Sequence record: NC_042013.1
DNA: 64,000 nt
Direction: 5' to 3' (one strand)
Shown: positions 54,522 to 64,000 of the stretch, in pieces
Numbering within the stretch: the stretch's first letter is position 1
How the letters are laid out: the number at the start of each line of letters is the position of its first letter
Translations under genes and position numbers: made by a program
Notes under the pieces: generated by a model
Told to the model about the DNA's origin: nothing
The model's input: the letters and a program-made list of their open reading frames with translations, nothing else
Databases searched by the model: none

Positions 54522-56009
54522 TTATGGCTTTCGATGTAATTTAGCCATAAGCTCTTTGATGTTGTTACTCTTGACTGGAGCAGGTTCGTCATTTTTCTTT
54601 TCAACGGACTCCTCGTCAATTAGTTTAGTGACCTTTCTTTCTTGTTCCACTTCACTTGGATTATTTCTTAGTTTTGTTTTAGCAATTTGTTCTTGTAATT
54701 CAGATGATGACGACATATTTTCTGATGGAGCTTGGTAATAACCAGTACCTTCCGCGTCAGTGATTCGCAATGATTCTTTGTTGAACTGAAGTTCAACACG
54801 ATTACCAACACCGGATGAAGAACGGGTTTTAAGGAACTGAATTTGATAGCGCCCTTGTTCTTTCATACTCGCAGAAGCATAGATACCCATAACGTTGTCG
54901 GCGGTATTGATCTTAGAAATACCACCAGCAATATGACTATGATCGAAATCAGCCTCTTGAACTGACGCACGATTAAGCTGTGATGCGGTTGCTGTGAGCA
55001 AGTTCAATTCACCTGACAGCGCACGTAATTCCTCTGATGTATACTTATCTTTGGTAAACAAATTTGCGGCATCAATTTTTGCACTGTTTGGGTGTAGCAA
55101 ATCAAGATAGTCGACTACCAACCCGTCAGGTTTTTTTCCATTAAGAATTTCATATTCCTTGAGATATGCGCGAATGTCATTAGCATTCGTTCCTGCCTCT
55201 GGAAACTTCTTAATCGTCAATTTACCCCATTTGTTCTTTTTGCTAAGCATAGCAATTTTAGTAGAAACATCATCAATCTTTTTAAAGATATCACGGGTTC
55301 CCACTCCAGAGTTCATCGCGTCAAAACGCAATGCAACAAGGTCTTCAGACAATTCGAGTGTAATATAAACAACATCCAGCCCTGCGTGAATTAGATTGAG
55401 AGCATAGTTTTGTAAGAACAATGATTTACCAGAACCGGGACCACCAGCCCAAATGTTAAGCTGCCCACGTTCAAAACCACCATACAATTGCTTATCGATA
55501 TCTTTCCATCCGGTAGAGATTTGGTTTTTACGGTCTTTCATCGCCTCAAGACGGGATTTTGGATCGTCCAAATAATCAGTACCCATATCTTTTTGCAATG
55601 AGATGAGATTGTTTTCTTTTGATCGGCGTTCAATTTCAGCATACAACCCTTTTTCAAGGAGTTCTGGTCCTTCGAGGATTAGGAGTTCATTTGCTTTGTG
55701 ACGACAAAACTGCTCGACAGACTGCAATAACCATTGACTATATTGAGATATTTCAATAGGGTCATGCTTTACCAAATCAACACCGGTTTCTGCATAAACA
55801 AGATCGGTGTTAGGAAGAGATTTAAATTTGTCGGAGTATTCCATAATAAAACGGCAAGCTGGCCTGAATTTGGAATCCCAATATTCTGGTCGAATGATCG
55901 ATTGGCAGCGAACATAATCTGTTTGACTTGTTAAAAGATACTCAAGATAAAGTTTTTGCGTAGCTTCGTTGTAATTAATACTTTCATCGTTTTTATCTCT
56001 TTTCGTCAT
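54522..56009 (-). CDS. Replicative DNA helicase, DnaB/T4 gp41-like
   Basis: Walker A GGPGSGKS, TLELSE, VVDYLDLL, ASQLNR, TADNV, KTRSSSG. Confidence 0.92.
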   Translation of the reverse strand: MTKRDKNDESINYNEATQKLYLEYLLTSQTDYVRCQSIIRPEYWDSKFRPACRFIMEYSDKFKSLPNTDLVYAETGVDLVKHDPIEISQYSQWLLQSVEQFCRHKANELLILEGPELLEKGLYAEIERRSKENNLISLQKDMGTDYLDDPKSRLEAMKDRKNQISTGWKDIDKQLYGGFERGQLNIWAGGPGSGKSLFLQNYALNLIHAGLDVVYITLELSEDLVALRFDAMNSGVGTRDIFKKIDDVSTKIAMLSKKNKWGKLTIKKFPEAGTNANDIRAYLKEYEILNGKKPDGLVVDYLDLLHPNSAKIDAANLFTKDKYTSEELRALSGELNLLTATASQLNRASVQEADFDHSHIAGGISKINTADNVMGIYASASMKEQGRYQIQFLKTRSSSGVGNRVELQFNKESLRITDAEGTGYYQAPSENMSSSSELQEQIAKTKLRNNPSEVEQERKVTKLIDEESVEKKNDEPAPVKSNNIKELMAKLHRKP

Positions 56010-56015
56010 ACTTTA

Positions 56016-57038
56016 TCATCCAAATGTTAGCTTGCGTAATGCTTGTATCTTAAATTTACTATCTACAATATTGTCTATTATAGATCGTATTGCGTACAAT
56101 TTTCCATATTTTTTAACTAAATCAGCGCTGTCTTTAACTCCCTCGCCCCATAATGATTTAGGAGCCATACTTACAGCCCATCCCATTTCTAGAGCCACAT
56201 CAACCAATTTCCCGCCGCCTTTTTCACGGTCGGCAACTATTATTTTTTGCTGAGGCAAAGCGCTAAAATATTGTTTTTGGGTGGAGCTTATGTGGTCACC
56301 TAAGGTCGCACATGCATTAATAGCAATAGCGTCAAACGGTCCTTCAACGATGAAAACGTATTTGTCATCACGGTTAATACGGTCAGTGTTGAAAATATAA
56401 TCAGCGGGACTGTTATTGATATATCGTGATTTACCACCGTCCAAGTTACGTTTTGAAAAACCAACAACCTCATTTTTCCAATAGAACGGGATTATTACTG
56501 ATCGGTTATTTTTCTGCATTGTGTCGGGTGTCCAGTAATAGTCGTACCCATCGTATATATCTATTCCACGATTATAAACATACTGAATAACATCAAAGAA
56601 ATTGGGGTCGTCACAATCGTTTTCCAGCCAGTAAGAAAATGGCTGTGCGCCTTTTGGTAATGAAACGGAGTCATATTTCATTTTGTTTAATGGATTTAAT
56701 TCAAAAGAATTCGCCATAACATCACGCTGACGCCACGCGGCAAAATTCAGCTTCTTAATTTCATCAGACGGCATACCAAACCATCCAAGTAAATTTTTAA
56801 AGGTGTTGTTGAATTGTTGGCCGGGGTGCCATTGTGCGGTGTAACCACAATTAAAACAAGAATATGCAAGACCGCCATCTGCGGTTATGTTCCAACCGCC
56901 GCGCTTTTTGGAATCTGGATTTTCTCCTCGATGATGGCAGCATACGGCATTAAACGTATACCATCCAGTTCGCGCCAATTTAACCTGACGCGATCTCGAG
57001 CTAAAATTCAAAATTTCTGTTGTTATTTCGTGTGACAT
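56016..57038 (-). CDS. DNA primase, T4 gp61-like
   Basis: Zn-binding CCHH..RGG..CFNCG; TOPRIM IVEGPFDA; VADRE. Confidence 0.88.
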   Translation of the reverse strand: MSHEITTEILNFSSRSRQVKLARTGWYTFNAVCCHHRGENPDSKKRGGWNITADGGLAYSCFNCGYTAQWHPGQQFNNTFKNLLGWFGMPSDEIKKLNFAAWRQRDVMANSFELNPLNKMKYDSVSLPKGAQPFSYWLENDCDDPNFFDVIQYVYNRGIDIYDGYDYYWTPDTMQKNNRSVIIPFYWKNEVVGFSKRNLDGGKSRYINNSPADYIFNTDRINRDDKYVFIVEGPFDAIAINACATLGDHISSTQKQYFSALPQQKIIVADREKGGGKLVDVALEMGWAVSMAPKSLWGEGVKDSADLVKKYGKLYAIRSIIDNIVDSKFKIQALRKLTFG

Positions 57039-57092
57039 TCATATTAGCCTTGATCAATATATTACTATTATACAAGACCGTAGATCAGAATC

Positions 57093-57899
57093 TCAATTTC
57101 TAAATAATACCTTTTTCAACTTTCCGGGGTTGATATCGGTCTGTAAAATTTTAACTCTAACCCACATCAAGTTAGCTTCAATGTTATAAATGCAAATTCC
57201 AGAACAACCATCGAAACGTGTTTCTATTTTATCTGCCAATTCTATTGGGAACCAATCTGTATCAAGCGGTACATCATTCTGGATGCTACCCTCTACCCAA
57301 ATAGAACCTCTGAAATTTTCCAAATAAAATGCAATCGTATGCAATCCGAATGTTGAACCTCTAATCATATTGCCCTTAAAATTAGGGCTTATGAAATATG
57401 AATACATCCCGTTATAAAATTCAGCGTGAAAATCTTCCATCGTGAACATTTGGGTTCCGACTCTTTCAGGATGAGAACCAAGTTGAACCTCAAAGAAACC
57501 GTGAACGTCGTCGTATTGATCCATATTAAGAAGACGTGGCATTCCGTTGTTAAAATATGAAACGGTATATCGATAGGTTCCTAATGGGATGTCTTGGATA
57601 AGGCGCGGGTTTACGGTGAAACGAGCAATACCTCTCGCCGCATCTGAAACCTCTAAAGGAACAGTTGCAATAACTTCGTGGTTTTCGTCATTAATCAATG
57701 TTATGACAAGTTCAACACCAGTTAGGTTAATAGGCTTTCTGTCAGTATCGCGAACTATAAATTCTATAAGGGTTTGCGTTCCTTTAAAAACTTTAAAGTC
57801 GTGATCATGCATCGCCATGTTCCTATTAAGTCTATTGTATCCGCCTTCGAGTGTTAGAGATATTCTACGTTTTAATTTGTATAGTATCACCGAACCCAT
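57093..57899 (-). CDS. Probable structural protein (BppU-N-like beta-sandwich)
   Basis: FIVRDTDRKPINLTG..GIARFTV..GTYRYTV; TATAAATA upstream. Confidence 0.6.
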   Translation of the reverse strand: MGSVILYKLKRRISLTLEGGYNRLNRNMAMHDHDFKVFKGTQTLIEFIVRDTDRKPINLTGVELVITLINDENHEVIATVPLEVSDAARGIARFTVNPRLIQDIPLGTYRYTVSYFNNGMPRLLNMDQYDDVHGFFEVQLGSHPERVGTQMFTMEDFHAEFYNGMYSYFISPNFKGNMIRGSTFGLHTIAFYLENFRGSIWVEGSIQNDVPLDTDWFPIELADKIETRFDGCSGICIYNIEANLMWVRVKILQTDINPGKLKKVLFRN

Positions 57900-57916
57900 T
57901 GCAAAAATCCAAATCT

Positions 57917-57944
57917 TATAAATAAAACTATACTCCTATTTATA
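57917..57944. promoter_or_regulatory. Two opposed perfect TATAAATA (T4 late consensus)
   Basis: Plus copy 57917-57924 and minus copy 57937-57944 in a 58-nt divergent gap. Confidence 0.65.
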
Positions 57945-57957
57945 AGCGGAATTGCTG

Positions 57958-58317
57958 ATGAACACGTTTGAAGAAAGTTTCCCATTCTTAACGGTATTGA
58001 GATACCTTGACAAAGAATATGTTGGTATTATTGGAAATTCTGATAATCATATAACCAGTGTATATGTTATGGATAATCTTCCTAATGAACAACTTAGAAC
58101 GCATTTTATTAATTGTTGTAATGAGTGGTGGTGGGAGACTAATAGACAAATCCCTATCAATATTGTTTTGAAGGACAAATGGTCTATTTTTAGACCACAC
58201 ATGAAAACTTTCATCACAAAGGATGTTCATTTTGTTAGCGGGTATCGTCCACCAATCGAAAACCCAATCAATAAAAAACCTAAAAAACGTCAGGTGGAAT
58301 TTATTAAGAGAGTTTAA
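57958..58317 (+). CDS. Hypothetical protein
   Basis: ATG 57958; 119 aa. Confidence 0.7.
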   Translation: MNTFEESFPFLTVLRYLDKEYVGIIGNSDNHITSVYVMDNLPNEQLRTHFINCCNEWWWETNRQIPINIVLKDKWSIFRPHMKTFITKDVHFVSGYRPPIENPINKKPKKRQVEFIKRV

Positions 58318-58879
58318 TTCCCGATATCAAATTCATCTGCACTACTATTGCAATCGCATACGAAATAGAATGTGACTTTTTAAAATAGTATCCTTCAGTT
58401 GGTTTAACCCAAATTTCTTTGCGTATATCATCCCAACTTTTTCCAATAAGATGTCTTTTAGCAGGTCGAATCATTGCAATTAGCATAGCTAATTCTTCAA
58501 CCGATGTAGGACTCATTTGACACGTAATGTCAAAATGGTCCCCCAACTGAAACAATCCTTCAACAACCGTTTTGTCACATAGCATTTTCCAATCTGGTTC
58601 AGTTGAAATAAGCAAGTCCAAATGCTGTTCAGATTGAACATCTTTGTATATACTAATATTCAAAAAATCAAATTTGAAATAATATCGTTGTTCTGCCTCT
58701 TTATACGGGATGCTTGAGAACCCGGTAAATGGGTCAACCGGTATATCTTGTAGATATATACCAACATTATGTTTAATCAATTCTTTATCTTTGAGCATTG
58801 ACGCCGTTACGCATTTAACATGCTCAAGAGCGGTGTCTCGGTCATAAAAATCAATGTCAATATCCGGTATATTTTTCAT
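58304..58879 (-). CDS. Miniature DNA polymerase III alpha (DnaE)-like protein
   Basis: PDIDIDF, KFDFL, LFQL, LIAMIRP, YFKKSHSISYA in 191 aa. Confidence 0.8.
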   Translation of the reverse strand: MKNIPDIDIDFYDRDTALEHVKCVTASMLKDKELIKHNVGIYLQDIPVDPFTGFSSIPYKEAEQRYYFKFDFLNISIYKDVQSEQHLDLLISTEPDWKMLCDKTVVEGLFQLGDHFDITCQMSPTSVEELAMLIAMIRPAKRHLIGKSWDDIRKEIWVKPTEGYYFKKSHSISYAIAIVVQMNLISGIKLS

Positions 58880-59324
58880 TATCTACCACAATCTTAAAAA
58901 CAGGCGCAGGTTTGATAGTATCAATAGAAAACGTCTCTTGTAAACTAAACTTGACGGTTAGTTTTCCAAAAACATTACGAGTGATATTAACTCGGTCAAA
59001 ACCGGATACGCCATTTAATTCTAAGTGTCTGATTAAAACACCTGTTAAAAATTTAAAACTGGAATACGGTTCTTCCAAGCGTTCTATTTTTTTATCCGAA
59101 TCGTCCGCTCTTATCTTAGAAAAACAATGTAGTATGAGTGTATAGATGTTATCCTTTGATAAGTCAGCCCACGCAGTTTTGTTTTCAAAGCTTGGTGATG
59201 ATGATAAACCAACCAGTAGCTCGTCATCAATGTACCAAGTGGATACTACGTTTTTAATATCACTGTCTGTGATATCGCACTCCCACGCTACCATTGTATT
59301 TTCATCATTAAAACTTGCAATCAT
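58857..59324 (-). CDS. Hypothetical protein
   Basis: 155 aa; coupled to neighbours. Confidence 0.65.
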   Translation of the reverse strand: MIASFNDENTMVAWECDITDSDIKNVVSTWYIDDELLVGLSSSPSFENKTAWADLSKDNIYTLILHCFSKIRADDSDKKIERLEEPYSSFKFLTGVLIRHLELNGVSGFDRVNITRNVFGKLTVKFSLQETFSIDTIKPAPVFKIVVDNEKYTGY

Positions 59325-59704
59325 CTTTTATTCACTTTATTACGCATTTCATTTGTGAGTTTCTGTATCGATCCTTGTATATGCTTAATGGAATTGGATA
59401 GATTATTGACTCTGTTGCTAAGCTTATGGTTTTCATCCTCAAGCTTTTTTATTTTAACACGAAGTTCAGTTTTTTCTTTTTCTATGGCATCAATTTTCTT
59501 TTGATTGTCACGTGCTTGTAGAGAAATCTTCTTGATTATTTTGCTGTTTTCATCTTCAAGTTCATTGATTTTGTCAATAACTTTTTTATTAGTGGATAGG
59601 TCAGATTTCTGTTTGGTATCCTCGCCGGTTTCATTATCAGAAACACTGTTGAGGTCATCCTCGGTTAGACGATATCTGGTATTAGGTTGCTTGTAAATGT
59701 CCAT
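59321..59704 (-). CDS. Coiled-coil hypothetical protein
   Basis: Extended heptad pattern in the C-terminal two-thirds. Confidence 0.7.
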   Translation of the reverse strand: MDIYKQPNTRYRLTEDDLNSVSDNETGEDTKQKSDLSTNKKVIDKINELEDENSKIIKKISLQARDNQKKIDAIEKEKTELRVKIKKLEDENHKLSNRVNNLSNSIKHIQGSIQKLTNEMRNKVNKR

Positions 59705-60449
59705 TTAACATTCCCTTTAACTCTTCAAATTCTTCGTAGTTCTTTGAAATCTTATCGTGCCACTTGTTAGGATCAATCCATATTTCGATAATACCAAACT
59801 GTTCTTCACTCATTCTATCAAACAAATCTTGCCCTACTGCATAAAGAACCCACGGAGATAATCGTCCTGATTTTATCATATGTGTTGCAAGAGATGGCGA
59901 AACATTCCTAAAAAAGTTCCTCCAATCATCATCGTGTTCTCTTGCCCACTGTTCCATCAATAGAATGCTTCGTTCACCAGCAGCAAATGGTTGTTCATTT
60001 TCATTTTGATATCGTAGCCATAGTTGATACAAATTCATAGAACACCAATTAATAACTTTAGCATCTCCACGTATCAACCACTTTACATAATCGATTGCGT
60101 TCGTAATATTCATTTCGATTACAAATTTGCCGAAGTTATGAAAATATGTATAGTGTTGGCTTGTTACAAATTCTTTCATAGTTTTATCATTTTTTGTTTT
60201 GTATACAGATTTATAAAACTGTTGATATGCGCGAAAGGCGATTTGAACATCTCTGTCATCTTGACGAAGCCACCTAAGCTTTTTTTCACAAGTATGATCA
60301 ATTAAGGACGTTTCATTTACAAATGATTTTGTGCAATACTCACACTTATGTAACGCAGGAGCAACCGTCTTTTTTTTCTTAGCAACTTTTGGTCTGCTAA
60401 CACGTGGTCGCTTCTCCGCTTTTTCATTGGTCATAAACAACCCATCCAT
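59682..60449 (-). CDS. Hypothetical protein with N-terminal C2HC zinc-finger-like motif
   Basis: CEYCTKSF....LIDHTCE. Confidence 0.72.
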   Translation of the reverse strand: MDGLFMTNEKAEKRPRVSRPKVAKKKKTVAPALHKCEYCTKSFVNETSLIDHTCEKKLRWLRQDDRDVQIAFRAYQQFYKSVYKTKNDKTMKEFVTSQHYTYFHNFGKFVIEMNITNAIDYVKWLIRGDAKVINWCSMNLYQLWLRYQNENEQPFAAGERSILLMEQWAREHDDDWRNFFRNVSPSLATHMIKSGRLSPWVLYAVGQDLFDRMSEEQFGIIEIWIDPNKWHDKISKNYEEFEELKGMLNGHLQAT

Positions 60450-60507
60450 ATTCTATACCCTTTTTCTTATTTACGAACAAATCTAACATGATGACTATAG
60501 CAATTCA

Positions 60508-61017
60508 TTATTTTTCATAATGTTTTTTGTAATCAGAAAGGTGGTCTTTAATGGTCTTATCATCCAAACCCATATCATTAAGCATGTTTTTGTAATCTTC
60601 TTTTGTGAAATCACGAAGAATAATATCAAGTTCAATCTGGTTGATTGTTGGATTTAGTTCAAGAATTGTTTTTTCTAGACGAGTATGATTGTTTTTTTGT
60701 TTTGGAGAACTAATCCATTCGTGTTGGGGTATTCTTCCATTCGTGCGCAACGCCATAGTTGACATTACCATAAGACGCCACATCAAATCCGGTTCTTTGT
60801 AAAGATTGTTGTAGAATTTGTTAACGTACTCGTTAATGATTTCTATTTGCATTCCATTTAGGGGTGACTTAACCGAGGATAGCCATCGCATTAATGTAAC
60901 CGGGGTAATACCCTTTTTATCTTCTTCAGAAAGGTTACTATAGAAATCAAAATCGCCGCGATATAACGCAGGCAAAACTTCTTTAAATAAATCGAGTTTG
61001 TGGGTTTTTTCAGTCAT
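60508..61017 (-). CDS. Possible clamp-loader small subunit (T4 gp62-like)
   Basis: PVTLMRWLSS..INEYVN block reminiscent of gp62-type proteins; replication-gene context; recalled similarity only. Confidence 0.45.
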   Translation of the reverse strand: MTEKTHKLDLFKEVLPALYRGDFDFYSNLSEEDKKGITPVTLMRWLSSVKSPLNGMQIEIINEYVNKFYNNLYKEPDLMWRLMVMSTMALRTNGRIPQHEWISSPKQKNNHTRLEKTILELNPTINQIELDIILRDFTKEDYKNMLNDMGLDDKTIKDHLSDYKKHYEK

Positions 61018-61285
61018 TTAGAAATCCTCATTGAAAATCAAAATATAACACATATCATCAATGATTTGTATATTTTAAAAGAGGATATATGGATCAAGGT
61101 GCGTTTCCCCACCGCACACCGTCAAGTCACTAATAATCTATTTATGGTAAGTGACCCTTGCATTCCAAATTTAATACACCCGCTTCTACACTCTATATAT
61201 ATAATACTATAATTAATAGCGCTTTACCTTTGAAGCGTCCTTCAAGGTGGTATATTAAATTTCTTGATCCAGTATCTTCAAAATA

Positions 61286-61786
61286 TCAAACAAGTTGTGA
61301 GATGTCAAGCGTATCAGGTAGCTTATTTAAATCTTTGATAAAATAAGCGCACGGTGAATGTGGCTTCTCAGTCAATGGAACGGCAAGAAAGTGTCCGTGC
61401 TTTAACTTCGGGCTATACCATTTAACATCAGGAAAAATGTTCATAATTTCGATATCATAAAACATTGGCGAAAAACTAGAAATCGGATTTAGAACAAACG
61501 CATCAAATTCGCGGTCGTTAATATGCTTAAGAGGTAGCACCTCAACCTCGCCGGAATGTTTATCGGCAATAATGATGTGCCAATCTGACGGCATACGAAT
61601 TCTATATTTTCCAATACGAAGGTCTAACGAACTAACATTAAAGCTTTCAAGAAAAAGCAATGGTACGAAATGATAATCAACGTTCTTTGTATCAGTATAA
61701 TCAAGAACACCATACCTAATTTCGTCAATTTCATTAGCAACATCATTCATAGACATGCAAGTATTTTCTTCGGTAAGAATATTCAT
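61286..61786 (-). CDS. Hypothetical protein
   Basis: 166 aa; ATGA overlap with the helicase. Confidence 0.72.
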   Translation of the reverse strand: MNILTEENTCMSMNDVANEIDEIRYGVLDYTDTKNVDYHFVPLLFLESFNVSSLDLRIGKYRIRMPSDWHIIIADKHSGEVEVLPLKHINDREFDAFVLNPISSFSPMFYDIEIMNIFPDVKWYSPKLKHGHFLAVPLTEKPHSPCAYFIKDLNKLPDTLDISQLV

Positions 61787-63303
61787 TTTGTTTTTACCTT
61801 CTTTTTATTAGGGATAAACGGAACTCCCTTAGTGTAATCAATTTTAGTTAGTGTGAAAGGATATTCCGCTTCCTTATAATATTTCTTACGTTCCGTTAAA
61901 TGACGTGCGCTATATTTGCACGTAGACGCGATGTCATAAATATTAACGAAATCTTTGTCTTTTGCCTTACGAATTCCACGGCCAATACTCTGAATGACAC
62001 GAACAAATGATTTCCCCGGCTCAAAAAGAATCACATTGAACAGGCGTGGAATATCAATACCAACAGCGGCAGTGCCGTATGTTGCGATAATCAAAACATC
62101 ATCGTTGTCGGATGCTTGGGCATAATGTTTGTTTCTCTCTTCCACCTTAACTTTACCATTGATGAATTCAGAATTTGGTAAAAGCTTTTGTAGAGTTTCG
62201 CCGGTTTCGATAAGATTAACGAGCACCAACGTATTCCCTGATTTGCGAACGGTGTCGATCATATTTGCCATATAATCAAGCTTGATATCGTCCGTAACAA
62301 GGAACTTGTTTTCTTCTTTGAAATCTGCAAATTTGACATAATCAATCATCTGTAGAATATCGATATGGCAATTTGACAATACGCCCTTGTCCATCAAATC
62401 TTTTGCGCGAATTTGGCCGGAAACAGGTCCAATAACGCATTCGATGATTTCTGCAAGGTATTTGTCTTTTGGAATGGTCCCTGTAAAACCCCAACGAATA
62501 GGAATATCAGCGAACGCACCTGCCAGAAGATTTTTAAGTGTTGGACCAGAACTTCCATGACATTCATCAACCATCACACATACAACGTCTTTGATGAAAT
62601 CTTTGAAATCGGTCTTATTGGTTTTAACTTTCTTACTCTTTCCTTTTGCAAGGACATCAAGGCTTTGCCACGTACAAATAGTATGTTGATGACCATATTC
62701 TTTTCTATCACCATAAAAAACACCTACATCGAGACCGAGCATCTTGTAGTCTTTTTCGGTTTGTGTTACGAGTGATTTGTTGGGAACAATAACGATGGTT
62801 CTACCGTACGTTTCGCATAGAAAACTAAGAGTCGCTGATGTAACTGTTTTTCCACCACCAGTACTAATTATCTGCGTGCTTTGTGTGTTTGAAAGGAAGT
62901 TGTTAATAGCATCAACCTGATAATCACGTAAAATGATAGGTTGACCCTCGGCTGGATGGCCTTTAGGCCACACTGCATCCGGCTTGTTGTCTTTTAGATA
63001 ATTTTCATCAATTGGTTTGAAATCAAAAGTATGAGTCTTGCGATTATCCTCAATCTCAATTTCGTAACCATTATTAATGATGACAGGAAGAACACGCTCT
63101 AATGCATTTAGATAAGTTGCACCGTTTAGGTTAAACAAGCTTACGCTTCCGTCCCAATGGCCCATTCTAACTGCCATTGTGTGACGCGCATTGTACATAA
63201 TGTGTTTAACAGCCTCGTAACAATCACGTCGAGTCTTCGGGTCCAAGTTTCTAAAGAAGACGTTAACTTCGTCATCAATTATAAGTTGGGTTGTTTTTGT
63301 CAT
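61783..63303 (-). CDS. uvsW: Superfamily 2 DNA helicase, UvsW-like
   Basis: LRDYQ, STGGGKT, MVDECH, GFTGT, ATYGTAAVGIDIP, QSIGRGIR; ATG 63303. Confidence 0.88.
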   Translation of the reverse strand: MTKTTQLIIDDEVNVFFRNLDPKTRRDCYEAVKHIMYNARHTMAVRMGHWDGSVSLFNLNGATYLNALERVLPVIINNGYEIEIEDNRKTHTFDFKPIDENYLKDNKPDAVWPKGHPAEGQPIILRDYQVDAINNFLSNTQSTQIISTGGGKTVTSATLSFLCETYGRTIVIVPNKSLVTQTEKDYKMLGLDVGVFYGDRKEYGHQHTICTWQSLDVLAKGKSKKVKTNKTDFKDFIKDVVCVMVDECHGSSGPTLKNLLAGAFADIPIRWGFTGTIPKDKYLAEIIECVIGPVSGQIRAKDLMDKGVLSNCHIDILQMIDYVKFADFKEENKFLVTDDIKLDYMANMIDTVRKSGNTLVLVNLIETGETLQKLLPNSEFINGKVKVEERNKHYAQASDNDDVLIIATYGTAAVGIDIPRLFNVILFEPGKSFVRVIQSIGRGIRKAKDKDFVNIYDIASTCKYSARHLTERKKYYKEAEYPFTLTKIDYTKGVPFIPNKKKVKTK

Positions 63304-63428
63304 AATATAAACCTTATTCAATATTCAATGATTATAACAAACCTCTACAAATTAAGTCAAAATTTAATTAATAAAATGGGTTGACCGTTTTCTCATTTAA
63401 TGCTACCGTTTTTTTAAAGGAGATGTTT

Positions 63429-63851
63429 ATGAGGCAGCTATTAAAAAATATCAAAAAATCTGCAATATTTTTTTATCGTCAGATATTTAAACGTAATGGC
63501 CGATTTGTTGTAAATGACACAAACGGTCTTTATATGTATGAGATTTTGAATTTTTCTGATCGTATATGGTTTGCAGACATTGGTTCAGTATTGTATTTCA
63601 AAAACGGGAAGCTTCATCGTGAAGACGGTCCCGCTGTTGATTGCGAATATGTTAAAGTTTGGTTCAAAAACGGCAAGCCGTGCAACGATAATGGCCCGTG
63701 GATTGTATTTAGTTCTGGTGTAATCATTTATTCATATCTACAGCCAAAACCATTTATGCAATTCCCCTCTGGCTTTAAACAATATCTTGATGTATATGGC
63801 AAAGATATTACCGAGCAAGAACATTTACGTGAATACAAACCTATTGATTGA
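63429..63851 (+). CDS. HREDGPA-motif protein
   Basis: AAGGAG RBS; KNGKLHREDGPAV..WFKNG..NDNGP. Confidence 0.7.
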   Translation: MRQLLKNIKKSAIFFYRQIFKRNGRFVVNDTNGLYMYEILNFSDRIWFADIGSVLYFKNGKLHREDGPAVDCEYVKVWFKNGKPCNDNGPWIVFSSGVIIYSYLQPKPFMQFPSGFKQYLDVYGKDITEQEHLREYKPID

Positions 63852-63999
63852 TTTCTTTTTCAACGGCGTACGGGGTAAAACTATAAGAAGAATTTATCTT
63901 CTTAAGAATGGACCGTTCCTTAGGAGTATATAACGTCGACGGTGATATTACCAATTGAAACGTATTAAATCCGCCCGCTTGCATATCAAGTATTGACTT
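63841..63999 (-). CDS. 3' end of a gene entering from the window edge
   Basis: Open frame KSILDMQAGGFNTF...EKEINQ* to TAG at 63841. Confidence 0.45.
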   Translation of the reverse strand, partial: KSILDMQAGGFNTFQLVISPSTLYTPKERSILKKINSSYSFTPYAVEKEINQ

Positions 64000-64000
64000 A

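Noticed and set aside
61286-61786. Possible Hint/intein-like fold
   Set aside because: Beta-rich pattern is suggestive, but there is no N-terminal Cys/Ser nucleophile or terminal His-Asn; cannot be supported without a profile search.
1-64000. Stop-codon reassignment
   Set aside because: Conserved enzymes translate full-length in the standard code, and TAA, TGA and TAG all end genes at expected places.
1-64000. tRNA or rRNA genes
   Set aside because: No cloverleaf with T-loop/D-loop signatures was seen in the few intergenic gaps by eye; tRNAscan-SE would be needed to exclude them fully.

Overview
AT-rich (roughly one-third GC by eye), gene-dense segment of a lytic jumbo myophage of the T4-related large-phage supergroup. 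An alphaproteobacterial host is suggested by the CCA-enzyme type and by the promoter form (inference). Content from left to right: host-like IF-3 and ClpX; a 2H phosphoesterase; a two-subunit T4-type topoisomerase II; small early genes each behind a repeated hairpin-forming sigma70-like promoter; Smr, HAD and CCA-adding enzymes; three large CSPG/cadherin-repeat surface proteins; tail-fibre-like genes; a Dam-type methylase; a PD-(D/E)XK nuclease; head/scaffold-like genes; an orphan four-PAS sensor; and a replication block (gp41-like helicase, gp61-like primase, a 191-aa mini-DnaE, UvsW-like helicase). The standout is 39484-50592, a contiguous array of 11 paralogous genes carrying 12 domains with the R/S-T/E motif layout of ADP-ribosyltransferase (ART) folds. 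All 11 begin with the same M-[RK]-[WL]-x-[QD]-L-x-E peptide, which resembles T4 capsid-targeting/prohead-protease sites. Three are multi-domain: ART+GNAT, ART+ART, and ART+P-loop kinase+Alt-like modules. A nucleotidyltransferase and a ligase-like gene lie just upstream. The working hypothesis is a diversified, capsid-packaged and injected enzyme arsenal. All calls come from motif reading; no database searches were run. No tRNA, rRNA or CRISPR array was recognised.
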